Part shown: in pieces, positions 1 through 9,219 of the stretch
Layout of the letters: each line of letters opens with the position of its first letter
How positions within the stretch are numbered: the first letter of the stretch is position 1
Translations under genes and position numbers: made by a program
The notes under the pieces: model-generated
Told to the model about the DNA's origin: nothing
The model's database searches: none
The model's input: only the letters and a program-made list of their open reading frames with translations
Source of the DNA: Hyperthermus butylicus DSM 5456
GTDB taxonomy: Archaea > Thermoproteota > Thermoprotei_A > Sulfolobales > Pyrodictiaceae
Direction: 5' to 3'
Assembly (NCBI RefSeq): GCF_000015145.1
Contig: NC_008818.1
Location: 1,260,001-1,292,000 of the forward strand
DNA length: 32,000 nucleotides

Positions 1-310
1 TCCCACTAACGGGCCGGGGATCCACATGTGCTCCGCCGAGCAGCTCGCCCATAAGCTGCATAACTCTATGTTCAATCTCGTCGACATATCGAGTGCCCTG
101 GTAGTATCTCTTGAATGGCTTACCCTCAGCATACCGGTGCATCATGTCGCTAACGTATGCTGCTAGCGCGAGAGGGCTCATAGCGTTCTCGCTGGCTATA
201 AGATTTATAGTCTCGTACTTGCGCCATAGATTGTGTGTTATCGTCTTTTCGAGAACCTCCCTCAGCTCCTGGGGGAGAAGGGGTAGCTTTTCCTGCCAGA
301 ACCGGAGCAC
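1..310 (-). CDS. glyA: Serine hydroxymethyltransferase, N-terminal part, truncated by the window edge
   Basis: Own minus-strand translation (not in the ORF track): GTG start near 310, [103 protein letters not shown]; SHMT hallmarks NLIASEN, EGKP..RYYQG and the G.HV..RP.SG segment. Confidence 0.9.
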   Translation of the reverse strand, partial: MLRFWQEKLPLLPQELREVLEKTITHNLWRKYETINLIASENAMSPLALAAYVSDMMHRYAEGKPFKRYYQGTRYVDEIEHRVMQLMGELLGGAHVDPRPVSG

Positions 311-395
311 TTTCCTGGCACCGGGTAGCCGGTGATATAGTAGAGACTAATTAACGCAAGCTCCTTGAAGCAGTGATCATGCTAGTATAGGGGCT

Positions 396-677
396 TTACT
401 GATACTCGCTAACCTTGACATAACTGGGTCTAAGCTTTAGAGCTTCAACATTCCTATGTGCAATCTCTACCGCCTCGACTACTATATCATAGGTTACCGG
501 TACGCCTATCTCATCCTCGTAGCGGCGTAGAAGCCAATAGGCATCAATTTCGTCACTCCATTCTCCCCAATGTTCAACCAGTATCTCGGCTGCACGGCTA
601 GGAGCTTGCAGAAACCTCTCATCAACATAGTCCTCCCGGTCGCCTCCACCCTTAACCTGACCTCGCTCTCTAGGCAT
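396..677 (-). CDS. Small hypothetical protein
   Basis: 93-aa ORF, charged composition, same strand as and just upstream of glyA. Confidence 0.5.
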   Translation of the reverse strand: MPRERGQVKGGGDREDYVDERFLQAPSRAAEILVEHWGEWSDEIDAYWLLRRYEDEIGVPVTYDIVVEAVEIAHRNVEALKLRPSYVKVSEYQ

Positions 678-855
678 GGACTACACCCTGTCTCTCCCAG
701 AAAAGTAGCGTATAACTGGCATGCTATTGGTGTTACGCCCAGCAAAACGTACTACTGGAATAGAATGTGGAATAGTCTCATGCGCCCACTAGCATCCCAG
801 CAGTGTTAAGATGGGGCTTACTGGGCTGTAGCTGTTTAAGAATAGGACATCTGTC

Positions 856-1305
856 ATGAATACTTGCAGTCGGGGGTCTCTCACTGTGGCGGCTGTAATT
901 GGAGCTGTTAAACTACCCGTACACGACGTGGCTCAAACTGTAGGCGTAGACCTATATCCTGTTTACGATGTTGAAATAGTTATCTATGGTGGCCTAGACC
1001 CGCAAACAGACGAGCTGGTAGACAATGCAAGGAAGGCTGCAGCCATACTACGAGAGGAATACGGTGTAGAGGTTATTGTTTCGCCAAACATAGTTCACTG
1101 GGACATAACCAGCTTTACCCCACAGCCATACATGCTCCCAGTCCTAGTCGTTAATGGCCGCGAGGTCTCAGAGGGGAAGGTCCCCTCCGTCCAGGAGATA
1201 GTCGATATAGTACTAAGACTCTTCGACGAGGAGAGGGGTGAGCACTCAATACCACCACTCAAGAAGGGAGATGATGCTGTTGAAGTTATGGCATGTACAT
1301 GGTAG
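856..1305 (+). CDS. Hypothetical protein, possible thioredoxin-like fold
   Basis: 149-aa ORF with regular alpha/beta pattern ending LPVLVVNGREVSEGKVPSVQEIVDIVLRLF; converges with the minus-strand kinase ORF. Confidence 0.6.
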   Translation: MNTCSRGSLTVAAVIGAVKLPVHDVAQTVGVDLYPVYDVEIVIYGGLDPQTDELVDNARKAAAILREEYGVEVIVSPNIVHWDITSFTPQPYMLPVLVVNGREVSEGKVPSVQEIVDIVLRLFDEERGEHSIPPLKKGDDAVEVMACTW

Positions 1306-2169
1306 ACGCTTAACCTTCCTTACCTTAATCTCTACAAGATTCTTGCTGCATACTCCCTTCTCTATGCATGTCCCTTCCCTGCTGTCAAGGAGGCATTTAA
1401 CAGCCGATGCGGCGGCGATAGTGGCCCCAGCCAGATCCTCGCCGCGTAGCAACATGTATGCGAGAATACCTGTAAACATGTCTCCTGCTCCAACACTATA
1501 GCCCTCTGACACGTAAGGCTCTACGGCAACAGCTATGCCAGCAGCGCGATCCAGCGCTATGGCTCCCTTTTCGCCGAATGTTACAACAAGCCTTATCGGT
1601 GCTAGTACATCTACAATATAGCTCAGAGCTTCTAGTCCCTCGTCTCCCACATCTTCAACGCTTATGCGGACAATACAATTCCAAGGTATGTGTCCCCGAA
1701 GCTCTGCTAGGAGATGTCCGAAACGCTCTATGCGGCCGTCACTGCTTATCCTCGTAAAGCCTTGCACATCCAGTATGCATACGCGATAGCCAGCACTATA
1801 CTTGGCTAGTAGCATAGGGCTATACTCCCAGTTAATGGGCGAGAATACAGCAGCATTGCATGAGGGGAGTGCATCACTAAAGAATGTTGAATGTAGCGCT
1901 TTCAGTCTCTTAACCCCTTGAGGGTCAAGCTCAAGGCTAAACGCCGTAGCACAGTCTCGATATGCCTCAAAGTTGGTGGGTCTACAGGGCTCGGCGAGAT
2001 ACTCTGATGCAGCTGTGTTGCTGCATGGTAGTGCAAGGTTTACACCGATACTAGCCCCTACACCGTGCATTGCGAATAGTATGTAGAAGGCTGGGCCCCC
2101 ACGCTCAATGTTGTCTGCGGCGTGATCTATTGTAGGGGCTGCATAGACGTCTATGCAGTTATTCATCAT
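1246..2169 (-). CDS. PfkB-family carbohydrate kinase
   Basis: C-terminal PfkB signature GYSVGAGDMFTGILAYMLLRGEDLAGATIAAASAVK; upstream LVVTFGEKGAIAL. Confidence 0.8.
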   Translation of the reverse strand: MMNNCIDVYAAPTIDHAADNIERGGPAFYILFAMHGVGASIGVNLALPCSNTAASEYLAEPCRPTNFEAYRDCATAFSLELDPQGVKRLKALHSTFFSDALPSCNAAVFSPINWEYSPMLLAKYSAGYRVCILDVQGFTRISSDGRIERFGHLLAELRGHIPWNCIVRISVEDVGDEGLEALSYIVDVLAPIRLVVTFGEKGAIALDRAAGIAVAVEPYVSEGYSVGAGDMFTGILAYMLLRGEDLAGATIAAASAVKCLLDSREGTCIEKGVCSKNLVEIKVRKVKRLPCTCHNFNSIISLLEWWY

Positions 2170-2171
2170 TG

Positions 2172-2438
2172 CTAGTCCTCTTCCTCCTCAAGCTTCTCCT
2201 CAGCCGGTTCTCCAGGCTCTACAATCTGTACCTTAACCCGCTCTGCCCGCTTCACTTTTGCATGGTTCAAGATATGTATGACTAGGTCCTTCTCGGAGAA
2301 AAAGTATGTTGCATCCACGCCAAAGCCGCAGATGGGGCATGCATATAGCCCGGTTACGCGGTCACGTGGTACTTTGAGTCTTACACCATAGACCTCTATA
2401 ATTGTCTCCTCCCACTGAGGCTCCCATTGAAGTGACAC
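2172..2438 (-). CDS. Small zinc-finger protein (C2H2-like)
   Basis: CPICGFGVDATYFFSEKDLVIHILNH; tight spacing with flanking minus-strand genes. Confidence 0.65.
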   Translation of the reverse strand: MSLQWEPQWEETIIEVYGVRLKVPRDRVTGLYACPICGFGVDATYFFSEKDLVIHILNHAKVKRAERVKVQIVEPGEPAEEKLEEEED

Positions 2439-2440
2439 TG

Positions 2441-3805
2441 CTAGCTCCCAAGCCTAGCCTCATACTCTTTTAGGAGGTTTTCAACCTCTCTTACCCATTG
2501 CTTGAGCCCTGAGGGATTCTCAGGGTAGCGCATGTAGAGTTCCTTGATTTTCTTCATATAGTCTGCTACAGTCTTTAGCTTTGCCAGCAGTGTCGGCCTA
2601 CGGAGACCGCGGAGCACTATCATGGCCTTCTCTATAACCGAGAGTTTTAGCTCCCCTGTCTCGCTAGCGTAGAGCACGTCTGTCTCTGGTATGAGCTTAT
2701 GTTTCATCCCGAACTCTATATCATCATTACCTAGCCTCTGTAGGAACCTCCTAAACACGTCGAGCGAGGCCTGCTTAGCCCCTATAGACCTCATGTAGCT
2801 AGTGTTTAGGCTCCACAGTGCCTCTTCGTCGAAGCGCCCCTTGTTGTAAGCTTCCTCGAAGGCCTTGGCAGCGTAATAAGCGGCTCTAAAGCCATAACCC
2901 ATGCCTCCACCGTGAATGGGATTTACAGTGTAGCCAGCATCGCCTATTACGACGACACCTGGCCCGACCATAGTATTCGACGGCCTGCGTGTGGGTAGCG
3001 GCGCACCAGCAGCCGTTATGACACGGTGTTTTAGCCTTAGGAGGCTATGCTCAACAAGCTTCTCCCGGTAGATCTGCATAGGGCTCGGATATCCCATGCC
3101 TCCCTGTACACCGAGGCCAACATTGCTTCGGTGGCTCGTCTCGGGGAAGAACCACCAGTAGCCTCCGGGAGCTATCTCCTGGTTCAAGTATATCCTTATG
3201 ACGTTTGGTTCTTCGATCTCGTAATCTTCATACTCTATTATCTCGCGGTATGCTATGTTGGTATCCCTTGGATCTATATCCTCGTAGATAGGCCAGTCGC
3301 GTGGTAGTCTTCGCCTTATAACCCTAGAGAATCCGGTAGCCTCAATCACAAGACTCGCATACAGTTCCACTACGCGTCCATCCTTAGACTTTGCCTTAAC
3401 CCCGATGACCTTGCCGCCAGAGATTATCGGTTCAAGTATGCTAGTCTCGTAGAGAACCTCGGCGCCACGGTTTAAGGCATCCTCGACAAGCCAGCGGCCA
3501 AAGGCTGTACGGTCAATAATGTAGCCTTTACCGTGAACACGATAGCGGACCTCCTCGCTTGGAGAGTAAATATCAATAGCTGTAACCCGGTTCTTAAGCA
3601 CGCTAGAGGGAGGTTCGGGCAGATGTGACTCAGTTATGTGGTGGGCTCCGAGTGCGTCGCCACATGGTTTGCTCCATAGCTTCTCCGGTCGGTTACGTTC
3701 AATACCTAGAACGCGGAAGCCCATGCGAGCTAGGTGCCAGAGTGCAACACTACCCGCTGGTCCCAAGCCGGCGACTATAACGTCGTAGCGGGGCTCATTC
3801 TTCAT
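2441..3805 (-). CDS. Geranylgeranyl reductase family FAD-dependent oxidoreductase
   Basis: N-terminal Rossmann motif DVIVAGLGPAGSVALWHLARMG; KPCGDALG; GPGVVVIGDAGYTVNPIHGGGMGYGFRAAYYAA. Confidence 0.87.
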   Translation of the reverse strand: MKNEPRYDVIVAGLGPAGSVALWHLARMGFRVLGIERNRPEKLWSKPCGDALGAHHITESHLPEPPSSVLKNRVTAIDIYSPSEEVRYRVHGKGYIIDRTAFGRWLVEDALNRGAEVLYETSILEPIISGGKVIGVKAKSKDGRVVELYASLVIEATGFSRVIRRRLPRDWPIYEDIDPRDTNIAYREIIEYEDYEIEEPNVIRIYLNQEIAPGGYWWFFPETSHRSNVGLGVQGGMGYPSPMQIYREKLVEHSLLRLKHRVITAAGAPLPTRRPSNTMVGPGVVVIGDAGYTVNPIHGGGMGYGFRAAYYAAKAFEEAYNKGRFDEEALWSLNTSYMRSIGAKQASLDVFRRFLQRLGNDDIEFGMKHKLIPETDVLYASETGELKLSVIEKAMIVLRGLRRPTLLAKLKTVADYMKKIKELYMRYPENPSGLKQWVREVENLLKEYEARLGS

Positions 3806-3973
3806 GATTCTGGGCCCTCAGGCGTTTTGTGCTCGGGAAACTTCCCCTCATCAACCGGCATTTAACCTTACCCCCAAACGTTGGAGGCTACGATTCCGTC
3901 GAGCCTGGTGTAGCTAGGTGTCGGGACTAGTACTAATAGGGGTGCCAGAGTAAACCTAGCTTAAGGACTGGGG

Positions 3974-4513
3974 GTGTGGGATATGTCCTTCATATGGAGG
4001 CGTAGATTTAGCGACATATTCGACGAGATAGAGGAAATGATTAGAGAAATGGAGCGACTTGCTGAGGCGATGCTAGGGGGATTCGAGACTAGAATGCCGC
4101 GTGGCGAGTTTAAGGGCCCCATAGTCTACGGTGTACGGATAACAATAGGGCCAGATGGCAGACCAATAATCGAGGAGTTTGGTAATGTTAAGAGGCGCGG
4201 TCGCCGAGCAATAATCGAAGAGGCTGTAGAGCCCCTCGTAGAGGTAATAGATGAGAAGGATAAGGTAGTAGTTATTGCTGAGATACCAGGTGTTGAGAAG
4301 GACAAGATAGACATACGCATTAAGGACGGCAAGCTGATAATAAGGGCTGAGGATAGGGAACGTAAGTACTACAAGGAGATAGAACTACCTCCAAACATTA
4401 AGCCAGAGACTGCAAAGGCAAAGTACAAGAATGGCGTACTTGAGGTAACGATCGAGAAAGAAAAGCCCGAGGAAGAAAAGGAGGAAGGCGGAATAAGGGT
4501 CAAGGTCGAATAG
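3974..4513 (+). CDS. Hsp20/alpha-crystallin family small heat-shock protein
   Basis: Alpha-crystallin domain: VVVIAEIPGVEKDKIDIRIKDGKLIIRAEDRERKYYKEIELPPNIKPETAKAKYKNGVLEVTIEK. Confidence 0.92.
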   Translation: MWDMSFIWRRRFSDIFDEIEEMIREMERLAEAMLGGFETRMPRGEFKGPIVYGVRITIGPDGRPIIEEFGNVKRRGRRAIIEEAVEPLVEVIDEKDKVVVIAEIPGVEKDKIDIRIKDGKLIIRAEDRERKYYKEIELPPNIKPETAKAKYKNGVLEVTIEKEKPEEEKEEGGIRVKVE

Positions 4514-4515
4514 CA

Positions 4516-5136
4516 CTAAGCAACTATATAGCCTAGCTCCTCTAGCTCCTCTCTTTTAACAGGTTCGACCCTAGCCTTCTCGGAGACTATAGCACTAATC
4601 CCTTCCGGATCCACTATTACCAGCGTAAACTTCACTCTACCCTCTTTTGCATCCAGTATAAGTTTGCGGGCCCTCTTGCAAGCTTCTCGATCAGCATCGG
4701 GCGAGGAGCAAGCAGCTTCAAGAGCCTCAAGGAACCTATCAAATACACCCTCAACGGTTGTTATAAATCCCGTTGCTGCGGGCCCAGGCATCATCTTGAG
4801 GTCTAGTTCGGGTACTACTATAGAGGCTGACGAAGCCTTTACGACTATTACATTCAAGTCCTCAGGCTTTTCAACACGGTATACTATCTTGCGTGGTCCA
4901 TGCGCTTCAGCTAGGCGTACATCTGTAAATCTATAACCGCAACTGTTGCACTTGGCGCTGGTTAGTAACACCTTGCCTACAAGAGGCATATCATATAGGT
5001 AGTCCTCTATCCTAAGAGTCTTACGGCTGCAAACTGGGCACTCGACAACGAGTTCATTAATTTTTACGAGTTTCTCCCTGTGTTGCTTCTCGGGACGGGT
5101 CATTGTCCCTCCTCGTGGCATTATGTGAAGACACAA
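4516..5136 (-). CDS. ZPR1 zinc-finger domain protein (start may be Met near 5103)
   Basis: CPVCSRKTLRIEDYLYDMPLVGKVLLTSAKCNSCGYRFTDVRL zinc finger followed by a ZPR1-like beta domain. Confidence 0.85.
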   Translation of the reverse strand: MCLHIMPRGGTMTRPEKQHREKLVKINELVVECPVCSRKTLRIEDYLYDMPLVGKVLLTSAKCNSCGYRFTDVRLAEAHGPRKIVYRVEKPEDLNVIVVKASSASIVVPELDLKMMPGPAATGFITTVEGVFDRFLEALEAACSSPDADREACKRARKLILDAKEGRVKFTLVIVDPEGISAIVSEKARVEPVKREELEELGYIVA

Positions 5137-5375
5137 CTTGCTCCCATTAAATATCGATGTGCATCACTATCTTCAAACCTTTACTTTAGTCTTTAGGCCT
5201 TATCAGCTATTTTTGTGAAAGGTTTACTACCCTCTGTTCCGTACTACGGGGCCTGCTTAATTAAGGCTTAGCTAGTGGGCTGTTAGGGCATGTGTGCAGC
5301 ACGTAGAGCGTAATTGCTGGGCAGCATTGATATAGCAATGGCTATACAAGTTCCATATAGGCGCTAAGCAACGGT

Positions 5376-5696
5376 GTGGGAGTTATGGCTAGACAGCCTA
5401 GCGATACGCAGATAATTGACGTCGTCGTACCATCGCCCAAGAAAGTGGTTAGCGTCAAGCTGGAGGTCGAAATAATAGAGGAGCTTGACCGTACCTGGCG
5501 CGCCCTAGGTTATACAAGCAGAAGCGAGTTCATTCGTGAAGCAATCCTCTACTACATGCAGGTTGTACAGGCCCGACGTGCTGCCACAAGTGCAGCAATA
5601 CGCGGAGACAACATGGGAAGGGTTTTAGCTAATGGTGAGGCTGGTGCAGAGGAAGTTGAGGAAGAAGAATTTGTTGAAGAGGAAGGTGTTGTATAG
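5376..5696 (+). CDS. Ribbon-helix-helix (CopG/NikR N-terminal type) protein
   Basis: VSVKLEVEIIEELDRTWRALGYTSRSEFIREAILYYMQ is a typical RHH; acidic C-terminal tail. Start may be ATG GCT AGA (MARQPSD). Confidence 0.8.
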   Translation: MGVMARQPSDTQIIDVVVPSPKKVVSVKLEVEIIEELDRTWRALGYTSRSEFIREAILYYMQVVQARRAATSAAIRGDNMGRVLANGEAGAEEVEEEEFVEEEGVV

Positions 5697-5746
5697 AAAT
5701 CGGCTTATTAGTCCCTGGTTCTGATTTACAGCTATGTTCTTTCCTC

Positions 5747-6211
5747 CTATTCCGTCTTCCTCTTCTCTTGATGGCTCTTAATCATCTTTAGAATATCTCT
5801 AAGTGCCTCGCTAAATGCTCGCGAACAATTCTCGAAGTCCTGGATAATCCTCAGCAGTACAGCTTCAGGGTCGTCAATGTAGTACTTGTACCTTGGCCTG
5901 CCAACGCCTGCCTTCTTTTCTCTTGTACGCGACACAAAGCCTATCTCTACCAGTTTTGATAAACTCCTATTGACTGTTGCCTTACTAAGCTTCAATATTT
6001 GTGTAAGGTCGTCGACAGAATACTCTCCACCCTTTAGCAGCTCAAAGAGAATCATTGCATCAGTCTCACTTAGGTCGTAGCAGAACCTCAACCCCTCAAC
6101 AACAACTGTTTCCTTGCCGGTAGGTAGTTTAAGCTTATAGCGGAGTGCAGCCTCCGCATGTAGCCCCTCCACTCGCGCCTCACCATAAGTTAGTGTAAAA
6201 GGTATCCCCAC
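5747..6211 (-). CDS. Winged-HTH transcriptional regulator (TrmB/MarR-like)
   Basis: LSETDAMILFELLKGGEYSVDDLTQILKLSKATVNRSLSKLVEIGFVSRTREKKAGVGRPRYKYYI. Confidence 0.8.
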   Translation of the reverse strand: MGIPFTLTYGEARVEGLHAEAALRYKLKLPTGKETVVVEGLRFCYDLSETDAMILFELLKGGEYSVDDLTQILKLSKATVNRSLSKLVEIGFVSRTREKKAGVGRPRYKYYIDDPEAVLLRIIQDFENCSRAFSEALRDILKMIKSHQEKRKTE

Positions 6212-6257
6212 TATATTTATTTACATTGAAATTGTTCTCTTGAACTATATGCTTAGC

Positions 6258-6770
6258 CTAAACCGCTAGTCTAGGTGTAATAAAAACCTCTATGAATGCA
6301 GCAGCTACAAGTAATGCTGCAGCCTTACCCATTGCTGTTAATGCATCAGCTAAAGCATCCCATAAGCTTCTTCGAGCAGTAAGGGGTAGCCTCATGCCTA
6401 CAGCGGCAGCATATACGAATACTGATATCTCAATTACACCGTGTGGTGCAACAAGTAACAGTAGCTCGCTAAGTCTCCGTCCAGTTGAGAGCCAGAGGCT
6501 AGTCAGTGAACCGAGTATGTAGCCATTAAATCCGAGTATCAGAAGGCCCGGTATGTATGCAGCTGAAAACACGATAATTCTTGCCATTAAGGCAAAGTTA
6601 TGTGAAGCAATCACTATAAACTTGGACCACTCGTCAAGTACGGCTATAGGTTCAACACTCTTGACAGCAGTCTCGACCACGCTGTGCGAGGGAGCTAAGA
6701 GACCCATGGCAAAGCCGGTAATGTATATAGCAGCTGCTACCAGCATTGATGCACCAAGTCCTTGGCGCAT
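6258..6770 (-). CDS. SpoIIM/DUF95-like integral membrane protein
   Basis: Hydrophobic 170-aa protein with ...NGYILGSLT...LLVAPHGVIEISVFVYAAAVGMRL (conserved PHG-E signature). Confidence 0.75.
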   Translation of the reverse strand: MRQGLGASMLVAAAIYITGFAMGLLAPSHSVVETAVKSVEPIAVLDEWSKFIVIASHNFALMARIIVFSAAYIPGLLILGFNGYILGSLTSLWLSTGRRLSELLLLVAPHGVIEISVFVYAAAVGMRLPLTARRSLWDALADALTAMGKAAALLVAAAFIEVFITPRLAV

Positions 6771-6851
6771 GGCTTTCCCTAGTGCTATGTTTGAAGCCTG
6801 GAGTGGGTAGAAATATGTGGGTAGACGACTAGCTCTAAAACTATGTGGAGA

Positions 6852-6911
6852 GTGATGAGCGACTCCGGACCGAACACTCTCCTAAACAATGTGGAGCCGT
6901 GTGAGGCCTGA
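6852..6911 (+). ncRNA. Candidate C/D-box sRNA
   Basis: C GTGATGA (6852-6858), 11 nt, D'-like CCGA (6870-6873), 15 nt, C'-like ATGTGGA (6889-6895), 12 nt, D CTGA (6908-6911); flanked by GTGGAG ... CTCCAC, a possible 6-bp terminal stem. Confidence 0.42.
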
Positions 6912-7040
6912 CTCCACAATAGGGTGGTACAGGGCTGTGATGACGCCCCTACCATAGAGCCCCGGGTGCATGTAAGGCTAATAGCTCTGGTAGAGCCGGG
7001 GGATGAATGAGTGGTCCTTAGCTGAGCCTTCCTGGGGGAC

Positions 7041-7901
7041 GTGGTCATGGTACTCTACGCTGATGCACATATGCATACAAGCCCTCAAGGCCTTGGAGCT
7101 CTAGAGGTTGGCAAGAGGTTTAGGAGTGCTGGTGGATGGTTTGCAGCCCTAGTAATGTTGCCTCCTTGGCACTACCTTGACGAGTTTAAACCGTCGCTGG
7201 AGTACTATGAGAAGGCGCTGAAGGTGTTTCTCTCGGAGTGTGAAAAGCTGCGTTCAACTGGGTTGCGTGTTGTATGCCTGGCAGGTTTTCATCCAGCCGA
7301 AGTAGATAAGCTTGTATCGCGTGGGTTAACACCGGAACAAGTGCTTGAACTTGCTGAGGCCGTGCTTAGGCTCGAGGAGGAGCTATGCAGGAAAGGCGTC
7401 TTGCAGGGGATAGGGGAGATTGGAAGGCAGCACTACAAGACCTCTCCTGAGCGCTTCGCGATAGCTGAGACCATCATGATTAGGGCACTTGAGATTGCAA
7501 GGGATAACGACTGTATAGTGCACCTACACCTAGAGAACGCAGGACCTGCTACGGCAAGAACCGTTGATAGAATCGTTAGGCTTGTAAAGATTGATAGGAG
7601 AAGAATATTGTTCCATCATGCGTCTGTACGTGTCGCGAGAGAAGCTACTATGCTGGGATACACAGCTACTATACCCGGTAAGCTTGAAGCATTAAGGAGG
7701 GCGTTTAGCGAGCTTAGCCCAGGATTCATGGTTGAGTCAGACTATATTGATGATCCTCATAGACCGTGTGTATCAGTGTGTCCGTGGGATATGGTTAGGT
7801 TTCAGGGAGAGCTACTGGAAAGGGGGGAAGTAGACGAGGAACTACTCGTAAAGGTGAATATAGACAATATAGTTGAGTTTTACCGTGTTGAACCTCCCTA
7901 G
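7041..7901 (+). CDS. TatD-related metal-dependent hydrolase
   Basis: YADAHMHTSPQG, CLAGFHPAE, GIGEIGRQHYK, VHLHLENAG, LFHHASV motif order; start may be ATG at 7047. Confidence 0.83.
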   Translation: MVMVLYADAHMHTSPQGLGALEVGKRFRSAGGWFAALVMLPPWHYLDEFKPSLEYYEKALKVFLSECEKLRSTGLRVVCLAGFHPAEVDKLVSRGLTPEQVLELAEAVLRLEEELCRKGVLQGIGEIGRQHYKTSPERFAIAETIMIRALEIARDNDCIVHLHLENAGPATARTVDRIVRLVKIDRRRILFHHASVRVAREATMLGYTATIPGKLEALRRAFSELSPGFMVESDYIDDPHRPCVSVCPWDMVRFQGELLERGEVDEELLVKVNIDNIVEFYRVEPP

Positions 7902-9217
7902 CTTCCAAGCATTATTACCCGTAGCGCTTCCTCGCGGTCAAGCTTAGTGGCAACCATATAGCTGTCGGAGATAGCCCTTAGGTCCGGGTTGTTGCCACTA
8001 ATCATCACGGTATGGAGCCTAGCGTTTACCTTGTTAAGGCTTCTCCTAATGGTATCAATTGCTATCTTGTCCTCGCCATCCGTTATGAGTATGATGTCTG
8101 AAACCTTTGATCTCTGAAGCTTCGTAGCTATATCATCTACCGCGGTTAGTATAGCTCTTGTAATGTCGGTTCCACCGTTAGCTCTTATCCTCGCTACATA
8201 CTCAAGCAGCTTTACTACATCCCTTCCATGGACACGTTTCGGTATATATAACGGAGGGTATGGTATGCTATCGAAGAATCTTATGTAAAACTCGCGTTTC
8301 TCCCTAATTGCTCTCTGAGCTAGGGCTAGTGCTACAGCTTTAGCCCATATAATTTTCATGCCCATCATGCTCCCGCTCTTGTCCAATAGCACATAGAACT
8401 TCCCATACTCCTCGCTTACAACTTTCTTGTAGAGTAGCAGATTCCTCTCAGCAAATTTTAGCAAGAATAAATCTGTAGGAAGAGCTAGCTCACTAGCAAC
8501 AACCCGCTCTATATCGCTGCCAAGCTCGTAGCCATCGAGTTCGCCGCGTGGGCTACGAATTTTCCGCGTCCTTATGTAGGCCTCTGTGCTCTCAATAGTC
8601 TTTAGTGCCTCTAGCAGTACCTTCACATCTGTGTTGCGTGCTAAGTTTATTACATCCTGGATGACATCATCGAGGCTCAGCATTGATGCGTTACCAGCTG
8701 TAAACCTCATAGCGAGATTGGTTAGCTCCTTGGCCTGCTGTGCGACGTCCCTGGCTGTTTCAAGAGCTTTCCGTACACTCTCACGTATATTTTCGGCATT
8801 GAGTCCTTGCTCGGCGTCGGCTGCGCTCTTTGACCTGGTTTCGCCTCCCTGTGGTCTTGGAAGCTTATTCAACTCTTTTAGTAATGCTTCGAGAAAAATA
8901 GCGGATGCAACCATGCTGGTTGTAGAGTCGGCTATAGTGTGTCGGCGCACGTCTCGCAGCTGTGGCGCTTCAAGCATGCTTGAGAGCACCAGGTACTGTA
9001 TGGTTTGTTTTTCGTCTCTTGCATCAGGCATTTGGAGCACAGGGAAGGGTAGGAACAACATATAGTAAACGCTTATTGCGAGGTCTACGTCTAGGTATTT
9101 AGAGACCGTCTCTGAGTTGAACGCCTCGGGTGCAAGTTTCTTCAATAAACCTATTATTCTTTCACCGCGATACCTTATGGGTGGGTCCTCATAGTTGATG
9201 CCACGTATAAAGCTCAT
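7898..9217 (-). CDS. VWA (CoxE-like) domain protein
   Basis: MIDAS motif FYVLLDKSGSMMGMKIIWAKAVALALAQ ... GGTDITRAILTAVDD ... DIILITDGED. Confidence 0.87.
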   Translation of the reverse strand: MSFIRGINYEDPPIRYRGERIIGLLKKLAPEAFNSETVSKYLDVDLAISVYYMLFLPFPVLQMPDARDEKQTIQYLVLSSMLEAPQLRDVRRHTIADSTTSMVASAIFLEALLKELNKLPRPQGGETRSKSAADAEQGLNAENIRESVRKALETARDVAQQAKELTNLAMRFTAGNASMLSLDDVIQDVINLARNTDVKVLLEALKTIESTEAYIRTRKIRSPRGELDGYELGSDIERVVASELALPTDLFLLKFAERNLLLYKKVVSEEYGKFYVLLDKSGSMMGMKIIWAKAVALALAQRAIREKREFYIRFFDSIPYPPLYIPKRVHGRDVVKLLEYVARIRANGGTDITRAILTAVDDIATKLQRSKVSDIILITDGEDKIAIDTIRRSLNKVNARLHTVMISGNNPDLRAISDSYMVATKLDREEALRVIMLGS

Positions 9218-9219
9218 AG

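Noticed and set aside
111-335. Plus-strand 74-aa ORF
   Set aside because: Antisense to a clear SHMT N-terminus; Ser/Arg/Leu-rich shadow-ORF composition.
6785-7048. Minus-strand 87-aa ORF
   Set aside because: Shadow-like composition (TTSPRKAQLRTTHSSPG...), covers a hairpin-rich spacer; treated as non-coding.
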